NCBI GenBank assembly: GCA_008369845.1
Contig: MRSU01010467.1
Coordinates: 1 to 38,728, forward strand
Direction of reading: 5' to 3'
DNA length: 38,728 nucleotides
Source: Trichomonas gallinae
Taxonomy: Eukaryota
The position numbers and the translations under genes are program-made. Within the stretch, counting starts at the first letter, position 1; every line of letters starts with the position of its first letter. This document shows, piece after piece, positions 31,548 through 38,728 of the stretch. Under the pieces are notes generated by a model. The model saw only the letters and a list, made by a program, of their open reading frames with translations. It ran no database searches and was not told the origin of the DNA.

Positions 31548-31917
31548 TTCAAAATGTTAATTAATTCTAATCTTGTGTTAACATATCATAGTAAAATATT
31601 TTGCACTCCAGCCATACTATGCAATGCAAGAATTCAAATAATTAATTACAATAAAAATTTTGTTTCTAAATGACAACATTGGATAAATCATAATGTATGA
31701 CCAAGGATAATTCTCTAATTTGTGTATAATATATAAATATATCATATGGTTAAAATATTCATTGATTGTATTTTCAAAATTAGATAAATTAGCAAAAGAT
31801 GATTGATATATTAATGAAAGAAATATGAGTAAAAAAAATCATGAATATAAGAAATACAAACAAAATTTACGTGAAATATATAATAAAATTGGTGTATGAA
31901 ATAAATCATACATAAAA

Positions 31918-34116
31918 TTAAAGTGAACTAGGGGAATGATTTGAAGAAGAAGTGGTAGTATATGCAGATGGGATTGACGATGGTGAAGATGACATGTAGT
32001 TCATGTTTCTGTCGTCAGATGATTCTGAATGTCCGAAATCTTCTTCATTTGCTCTTCTTTCTCTAATCACAACTGCAGTCTTAGACCTCATGAATGCAAC
32101 TATGCAGACTACGACAACAAAGAAGACGCATCCGAGTGAGATCAATACTATGTGGAGTATTGTCAATTTCGAAGAATGGTCATTGTGAGTTGTGGACTTC
32201 AATTCTGGTTCTCTGGTTCCGACATTCAGCAAAGAGTCAGTTGTTGTGGTGTATTGGGCGAACTGGAAGTCCATGTAAGAGCGCGTTCCTCTGAGTAACC
32301 CAGCTCTTTCTGTGAATGAGTTACTCATCTTTGATACTGAGACAGTAGCACCGCCGATATCGTATGTACCGATGTCAGGTGTAGTCCTGAATATGCTTAA
32401 AACGGATCTGCTGCGGATGGAGTTCATATAATCAGGTGCAGTAAAAGCGCCGAGCTTTTCGAACATGAAAGCGAATCCGCTGTCTTCAGGGATGGTGTTG
32501 CTCTTGTAGGCAGTGAGAGTGAAAGGTGAGGAGGCTACATACCATAGACAAACTCTCTGTTCAGCTACGACTGAAATATTTGCTGGGAAACCTCCAAAAA
32601 TCTTTGAGAAAGAGGCAACGAAACCGTTGGCGAATGATGGAGCCAATGTAACAACATCAACTGAATTGCAATTATCGAAAAGGTTGATCCTCTTGTAATT
32701 CAGGATACTAATGTTCAGGATTCTATCACTGAAGCCTGGTTTCGGCTTGATGAATGCGTCAAAGCCAATGTCTGTCACATTGAGGACATAATCGCCTTCA
32801 GCAAGGAAATTGAGGTTGTTTCCAACAGCAGTGAAATTCTGTGGGTTGTGGAATACATAAATCGTGTGGCGACTGAATGTCAGCGTTGATCCCGCCTCAG
32901 GGATATAATAGGTATAAAAACCTGTTCTGAATCTTCTTGCTGTACCCTTAAATGGAACTATTGGCTGAGATTTGAAGTTTGAAGACCATTCATCTGCAAA
33001 AACTTCATTCGGTATCATTGGAGAAAGTACTGGTGTCTTACTACAAGTGACAACACCTCCTTGTGACGAGCCATACATAATGTGTATGAATACAGAATCA
33101 TCACGGTGTGTAAACCAGTAGTCTCCGCTCAAGTCTGCAATATAATTTCCATTTTTCTTGAAGAGCTGAACAGTTCCACCAAAATTAGTAGTATATACTG
33201 GATAGTCAACATAATATGGACTTGATAATAAGAAGCAGTTGTGATTATTCATGGATGCATCGACTGCAAAATTACCATTATAGCCATTATAGACATATAC
33301 CTGATCACACTTAACATTCGGCTGGACGAAAACTTGGAACGAGATGTTATGTGGTTGGTCAATGATTTGAACATTAATTGTGTATTTATGTTCTGAATAA
33401 TAAATGCCAGTTCCGAATTTTGTGACATCTCCGCGAACAAAAACATTAAAATACGATGGATTATGGATAACAACATAGTGCTTAGGCAAGATATCAAATT
33501 CAGCTTTTCTTTTAATTTCGGGATTGAAAGATCCTGGTGAGAGGAATCTGTTATAATCATAAACAACTATAGATCCCTCGACTACCGATAGGTCTGTACG
33601 ATAAAACATTGCAAATGCTGTGCAATCATTTGTGTATTGATCATAAGGTGCCATTGTATATAGGTGATGATTGTTGTAGTCGTATATATGAACGTGGTCA
33701 TCAGCTTCTGTGTCGATTGTTTGAACAATAAATTTTGTTAATTTAGGTTCTTCTGAGAAAAAAGCTATGCAGTATAGTCTATCGTTTTCCATTTTGTCTT
33801 GGGTGAGTTCGAAGTATGGCCCTGTAATAACTTCCCATTGACATGAGCCAGATGGAGTATTCAAAACTCCAAATACTATGTCTACATCATGATCTTGCGT
33901 TGGATAGATTTCTATTGTGTTTGGAGGTGCCAAATAAAAGTATTGTTCTGTTATATCTACCTTTGATGTATCTGGAAAATAAAAAATCGAGCTAGTACTT
34001 GGCTTGATTTTCACGCCATCGACTGGTACCCGGAGTGTCTGTGGATACCCGGGATAAACAGTCACATCAATGATACCCCTAATGCCTATAAGAAATATGG
34101 TAATCATGAGCAGCAT
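31918..34116 (-). CDS. Type I membrane surface protein of unknown function
   Basis: Signal peptide MLLMITIFLIGIRG; beta-rich ectodomain with recurring IHNP/FHNP and C-x-V..C modules; TM ILHIVLISLGCVFFVVVVCIVAFM; Ser-rich cytoplasmic tail; Inr TCATT at 34118-34122. Confidence 0.85.
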   Translation of the reverse strand: MLLMITIFLIGIRGIIDVTVYPGYPQTLRVPVDGVKIKPSTSSIFYFPDTSKVDITEQYFYLAPPNTIEIYPTQDHDVDIVFGVLNTPSGSCQWEVITGPYFELTQDKMENDRLYCIAFFSEEPKLTKFIVQTIDTEADDHVHIYDYNNHHLYTMAPYDQYTNDCTAFAMFYRTDLSVVEGSIVVYDYNRFLSPGSFNPEIKRKAEFDILPKHYVVIHNPSYFNVFVRGDVTKFGTGIYYSEHKYTINVQIIDQPHNISFQVFVQPNVKCDQVYVYNGYNGNFAVDASMNNHNCFLLSSPYYVDYPVYTTNFGGTVQLFKKNGNYIADLSGDYWFTHRDDSVFIHIMYGSSQGGVVTCSKTPVLSPMIPNEVFADEWSSNFKSQPIVPFKGTARRFRTGFYTYYIPEAGSTLTFSRHTIYVFHNPQNFTAVGNNLNFLAEGDYVLNVTDIGFDAFIKPKPGFSDRILNISILNYKRINLFDNCNSVDVVTLAPSFANGFVASFSKIFGGFPANISVVAEQRVCLWYVASSPFTLTAYKSNTIPEDSGFAFMFEKLGAFTAPDYMNSIRSRSVLSIFRTTPDIGTYDIGGATVSVSKMSNSFTERAGLLRGTRSYMDFQFAQYTTTTDSLLNVGTREPELKSTTHNDHSSKLTILHIVLISLGCVFFVVVVCIVAFMRSKTAVVIRERRANEEDFGHSESSDDRNMNYMSSSPSSIPSAYTTTSSSNHSPSSL

Positions 34117-34597
34117 TAATGAATAATTTCAATAGTTTACATGAGATTATTTTTCACATGTCGTAAATATGCTTATATCCTAAAAATACAGGTAATCATC
34201 CGAATGGTTCTTTTAACCGCCGAAATCTCTCAGAATTTAATTTTAACCATGAATAGTTATAACATGGCATAGATTAATATGGCAACAAATTAATTATAGT
34301 CCTATAGTAAAATTATCAAAACTAACGTAAATTTTGTACAAAATATTTCGTCATGAGTCAAAAGAAGCAATAACTAGCAGTCAAAAAATATTCTTTGCAT
34401 AATTAATCAAAAAATAAAATATTAATTTGCAATTCAAATTTCGATATGATTTAAAGTTGAAATACTCATAATCCTAGTATTTAGGGCATTTAAAGATTCT
34501 AATGTTCAATTAATTTTAATTCAAAATCAAACCTTCAAAACGAAAATCACTCATTGCATAAATTAAGATTTATTAATAATGTTGCAAATTTTATTGT

Positions 34598-34821
34598 TCT
34601 GGCATACGATTATTTTCAATTCAAATTTCAATAAGATATACAGTTCAAATGATTATAAGCCATATGTATAAAAATTTTAAATATTTAAGATTTCTAACTA
34701 TCGATTATTTTCTTCTCAAAATGATGTTATCAGAAATGAAAATATTCGTGTATCACTTAATTAAAAATATACAACACTTTAAAATATCTGGCAGACGATT
34801 ATTTTCAATTCAAATTTCAAT
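34598..34821. repeat. 35-bp direct repeat TCTGGCA(T/G)ACGATTATTTTCAATTCAAATTTCAAT, 2 copies
   Basis: Copies at 34598-34632 and 34787-34821 with one mismatch. Confidence 0.85.
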
Positions 34822-35517
34822 GCATTTAAATTTTCGAACATTTTCAATGTACTTTTGTGCCTGTAAGAAATCCTGAGTTTTTGTGCAAATTTCAACATAC
34901 AGCATTACTCAGCCTTTTAGATCAGAGCTATGTTAATTTGTTATTGATGCAAAGTCAAAAAGTTTCAAAATTGAATCTTGGAATTCTTGAAACTTGATTT
35001 TCATCTGTAGGTTTAGGGTATAGACTAGATTAGAGTGCTGCTAAGGATCCAGTCAAAAAATTTTTAATTAAATTGGAAATATTGGATCCAATATCTGCTA
35101 CCAGAGTAAAAAGACGATGTATACATATTGGTATATACACATTAATTAATTAACAATACAAACAGAAATAATATTGCAGAAATAAAAAAAAAAAATATAT
35201 TATTTTGACTTTCTATACATACTCCAAATGTCATAGACTTTATCGTTAATCATGTCCTTTAAGATAGGCTTTTTTGAATGATTTCATCATCTCTCTTCTT
35301 TTTACTCTTTTCAACAATTAGAATCTGTTTCATTATTGTATAGCTCAGAATGTTAGAGTTATGTTGACTAAATTAACCATCTTCGCCGTAAGAATAAAGA
35401 TTATTAAAATTACTATTCATGTTATTATATATATTATGCTCCACTTCGTCTATTTCGACAAGCGAAAACATGAGATAATGTACTGCATTCTTTCCTAGAA
35501 ATTTTGTTCATTGAACT

Positions 35518-35636
35518 TTACATGTCAATTTTTCAAATTATATATGTCGGTTTTGAAAATATTACATGGCAGATTTAGAAATATTACGTGACATATTTAA
35601 AATATTTACATGTCAGTTTTACCATATTACATGACA
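35518..35636 (+). repeat. 22-bp-period array of six TTACATGTCA-like motifs in the CFAP58 promoter
   Basis: Cores start at 35518, 35540 (degenerate), 35562, 35584, 35606 and 35627. Confidence 0.85.
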
Positions 35637-35670
35637 GAATTTGTTTGTAAAAAAAAAACTCGTTATTCTG

Positions 35671-38364
35671 ATGACGGAGAAAGGTGTAACGAATTCCTCC
35701 GTATCGGACGCTCAGCAGCAGCTCGCTGAGTTCTCACAGACAACATTTACAGATTTGCAGCACGATTTTCATGAATTGAACCATGAAATCGCGAAAGATT
35801 CGGTATTAGAAGCATTTCGTCACGAATATGCAAAATTATTTGGTATTCTACAGAAATCTATGACGAACCAGGCAAGATACATCGAAAAAGGACGTGTTAT
35901 CGAGTCAGAAATCGTCGGAAATAAAGCAAAAGTTCGAACAGTATCGAAATTAGCAGAAGAAGACTCTCGTTCTATCTCTAACCTGAATGAAGACAGGGAC
36001 AAGAAACAGGCTGCACTTACAGATTTGCTAGCTTCCCTTCACGAAGCGATGGTAGCAAATGAAGTTGTTACCAGTGAGATTACTGGCCTTGAAAACGAGC
36101 TTGAAAGGTGTGTCCTTGAAGAGAGAGGCCAGAAAGATGAGTTAAGTCAACTTAAAGCGAGAAGAGCAGAATTAACAAAACAATACGAAGAACTGAACCA
36201 ACAGATTCCACAACTTAAAGAAAATAATAGAATAACTCAAGAAAAGAAAGAGGTAAAAGATAAAGAGATTCAAGATTCGATTGCAGAATTAAAGAGAATT
36301 GACGAAACAGTAGAAGACAAACAGAAAGAAGATCAAATAGAAAGGCAGCACCTTTTTGAACTGGAAAGAGACCGCGAAAATACACGTAACAGACTTAAAG
36401 AAATGAAGCAACAAGTTGCAGATAAAACAATTGAAGTTGCTCAAGAGCAAGAAACAGTTAAGCAGATCGACAAGAAAGTCCGTGAGCAAAAACGTCGTTT
36501 CGAAAGTGCGAAGAGCGAAAAACAAGAAGTTTCAGAAAAATGTCAAAAATATCAGAAAGAACTCGATTTACTCAACAGCCAAATTGTCGCCATCGAAACA
36601 GACATAGCAAACAACCACAACGCACTCATTGAACGCCAAAATGTCGCTGATAGTGTAACAAAGCAATCTCAAGTTCAAAACGCGAACCGTGATAAGATCA
36701 GACTGAAAGTACAAGGCCTTCAAGAGCGCTATGAAGGCATCAGAAAGGAGTCCGACGCGGTTTCAAACCAAGTTGACGCGATGGAAGATAAAATTTCGAC
36801 ACTTAGACGTGAAGGCGAACTTGTCAGGAAGCAGATAGATACATGTGTTAGAGATGAAAACGCAAAACTCAAGAAGAAAGAAGGCGAATTGCAACACCAG
36901 ACACAGGCGCAAACAATTTTGACAATGTACAAAAACCAGAGCCATAACATCGACTGTGAGATCTCAATTATCAAGCAGCACCTTCAAGAAACGCAAAAGA
37001 AAATTTATTCAATCGAAACAGAAAGAGAGCATTACTCAGAAGAGCTTTCTGCAGCAACATCGCAGTTCTTGCATGGCCAGGAAACACTCAAAGACCTTGC
37101 TGCTAAAGTTGCATCAAAAACAGCCGAAATTGTTAATGGAGACAGACACGTCGCCCAGCAACAGTCATTATACGAGAAGGTTAGAAGCGAGAGAGAAATA
37201 ATCTCAAAGAAAGTCAAAGAAGTTGAAGCAGAAATCACAGATCTCGAAAATAACTTCGGAAGAATGAAATTCGCGATCGAGCAGCATAAGGATGATATCC
37301 ACAGAAAGGCTATGGAGAAGCTGAGAGATATTGAGTCCCTTAAGAGAACAGAAGACGAAGATTCGCAGTTAAGAGAAAAACTTACACAAGTTGAGATTGT
37401 TATAACTACACTTAACTCCACAATTGTCGCAAACGACGCAGAAATATCTAAGATAAACCTGTCAATCAAGCACGCTGAAGATAGCCTCCAGAAGCATCTA
37501 CACAGATTGGAAAACGTCAAGAAAGACTCCGACGCAATTTCAAACAAAACTGTCGAGAAAGAAAAAGAAATGGACCAAGTCCAGACGATCCTAGAGAACT
37601 TAAAGAAGCAGGTAAAGAGAGGTGAGCGCGACTATGACTTAAAGGAAGCAGAAATAGCGAACTTGAACAAACTCATCAACGAGAAATCAGCCAAACTCGA
37701 AGAAGTTGCACAAATCGATGACCAACTCCGTGAAAGGAGAGAATTGATACACATAAAGCAGAAAGAATTGATGCAGCTTAGGGCTGAGCGTGCAGCAATG
37801 GAAGAAGAACTCGCCATCCCAATCAATATCCATAACTGGACTTTGTTGGAGTCTTCAGATCCACAGAGATTCGAGCGACTTAAGCGTTACCAAGAACTTC
37901 AAGCTGACTTGGTTTCGCGCACGAAACAAGTTGCTGACCTGCAGGACAAGATCAAAGAGAAGGAGTCCCAGTACAATATGCTGTCAGCACAGGTCAGACA
38001 CAAGCCAGGCATCGAGTTAGAGCAAAAAGTCACAGAATATTCAGAAAAAGTTAAGTCGAAGAAATTCAACTTGGAAGAAGTTTCTCGCAAGCTTGAATTA
38101 TACCGTGATGAAGTCAACGAGTTCCGCAAGGATCTCACTGATGTCCGCATGGAGCTCATGAACGAGAGGAAGAAGTGGATCAAGCAGAAGAAGCTCGAGC
38201 TTAAGGAACAACACGATCTTAAAGTTCTTCAGCAGCAGCTTGAAGAGCAGAAGTTTGATGATGCACACGTCGCCTTAGAGTCTGTCAATAAGATGCTCAC
38301 TCCTTATGGTATCCATATGGATGAAACTGGCGGCGAAGTCACTCTTAACGACACAAAATTGTAA
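35671..38364 (+). CDS. CFAP58: Cilia- and flagella-associated protein 58-like coiled-coil protein
   Basis: About 900-aa coiled coil; LEAFRHEYAKLFGILQKS, QQSLYEKVRSERE and signature MEEELAIPINIHNWTLLESSDP. First ATG at 35671. Confidence 0.82.
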   Translation: MTEKGVTNSSVSDAQQQLAEFSQTTFTDLQHDFHELNHEIAKDSVLEAFRHEYAKLFGILQKSMTNQARYIEKGRVIESEIVGNKAKVRTVSKLAEEDSRSISNLNEDRDKKQAALTDLLASLHEAMVANEVVTSEITGLENELERCVLEERGQKDELSQLKARRAELTKQYEELNQQIPQLKENNRITQEKKEVKDKEIQDSIAELKRIDETVEDKQKEDQIERQHLFELERDRENTRNRLKEMKQQVADKTIEVAQEQETVKQIDKKVREQKRRFESAKSEKQEVSEKCQKYQKELDLLNSQIVAIETDIANNHNALIERQNVADSVTKQSQVQNANRDKIRLKVQGLQERYEGIRKESDAVSNQVDAMEDKISTLRREGELVRKQIDTCVRDENAKLKKKEGELQHQTQAQTILTMYKNQSHNIDCEISIIKQHLQETQKKIYSIETEREHYSEELSAATSQFLHGQETLKDLAAKVASKTAEIVNGDRHVAQQQSLYEKVRSEREIISKKVKEVEAEITDLENNFGRMKFAIEQHKDDIHRKAMEKLRDIESLKRTEDEDSQLREKLTQVEIVITTLNSTIVANDAEISKINLSIKHAEDSLQKHLHRLENVKKDSDAISNKTVEKEKEMDQVQTILENLKKQVKRGERDYDLKEAEIANLNKLINEKSAKLEEVAQIDDQLRERRELIHIKQKELMQLRAERAAMEEELAIPINIHNWTLLESSDPQRFERLKRYQELQADLVSRTKQVADLQDKIKEKESQYNMLSAQVRHKPGIELEQKVTEYSEKVKSKKFNLEEVSRKLELYRDEVNEFRKDLTDVRMELMNERKKWIKQKKLELKEQHDLKVLQQQLEEQKFDDAHVALESVNKMLTPYGIHMDETGGEVTLNDTKL

Positions 38365-38648
38365 ATTTTATTTAAAAATATAACTGTTTTAAGCAAATCA
38401 CTTCTACCATTTTTGCACTTCATAAATTTCATCATTACCATAATAATCTTAATTCATTACTTGAACAAATAAAAATATCAAACTTACATTATTCATTAAT
38501 GTTGGAACTACTGCATAGTTATTTATCAATTATATGGAAAATGATGATATAAATATTTGACATGTAAATTGTATTTTTGACGTGTAAATTATTACCAGCC
38601 ATGATAAATTGAGGGGAAAATAATCGAGATGGCCGGGTATTACTAATT

Positions 38649-38728
38649 ATGTCGAAGGTTTCTCTTCGTATCCGTAAGTTCATTTCTAACAAACTCCTCG
38701 ACCGCAAGCAGTTTGTTGTTGATCTTAC
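38649..38728 (+). CDS. RPS24: 40S ribosomal protein S24 (eS24), 5' portion truncated by the window end
   Basis: Manual translation MSKVSLRIRKFISNKLLDRKQFVVDL matches the eS24 N-terminus (TIRTRKFMTNRLLxRKQMVID). Confidence 0.92.
   Translation, partial: MSKVSLRIRKFISNKLLDRKQFVVDL

Noticed and set aside
35518..35636. CRISPR interpretation of the periodic repeat
   Set aside because: The 22-bp period is too short, spacers are related AT-rich strings, there are no cas genes, and the context is eukaryotic.
38674..38692. GTAAGT...CTAAC inside RPS24
   Set aside because: The sequence encodes the conserved RKFISNK, and no suitably placed AG follows.
1050..38707. Numerous short ORFs antisense to or overlapping real genes, or in AT-rich spacers (e.g. 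1050-1253, 3879-4166, 4664-4891, 9796-10086, 15507-15806, 34649-34876, 37032-37547, 38519-38707)
   Set aside because: Many start at TTG/GTG, have I/F/K/N-biased composition or shadow a coding strand, and none shows a recognisable motif.
1..38728. Transposons (Maverick, mariner, Mutator), tRNA or rRNA genes
   Set aside because: No transposase, integrase or polymerase ORF, long terminal inverted repeat, cloverleaf or rRNA-like sequence was recognised by eye.

Overview
AT-rich, gene-dense eukaryotic DNA with no supported introns. It is most consistent with a trichomonad (Trichomonas-like parabasalid): TCA(C/T)T initiators and AAAGTGAC motifs sit just upstream of ATGs, a CCTTT element precedes a ribosomal protein gene, and many stop codons are embedded in TAAA. 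About 20 protein genes or gene remnants are present: a membrane-anchored GH18 glycoside hydrolase with LamG domains, a TRAPPC8-like protein, TPR and LRR proteins, ARL16, an MCM8-like gene split by one in-frame TAA, an HxxxD acyltransferase, a calcineurin B-like protein, a PH-AGC kinase, ERCC1, RPS20, an SLC35F-type transporter, a type I surface protein, CFAP58 and the 5' end of RPS24 (missed by the ORF track). The most notable observations are the split, ATPase-degenerate MCM8-like locus, a 22-bp phased TTACATGTCA array before CFAP58, a three-hairpin intergenic element with partial hammerhead-like features, a Myb-like motif shared by two DNA-repair gene promoters, and several disrupted reading frames. 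No rRNA, tRNA, CRISPR array or transposon is supported. All family assignments are from motif recognition by eye, not database searches.
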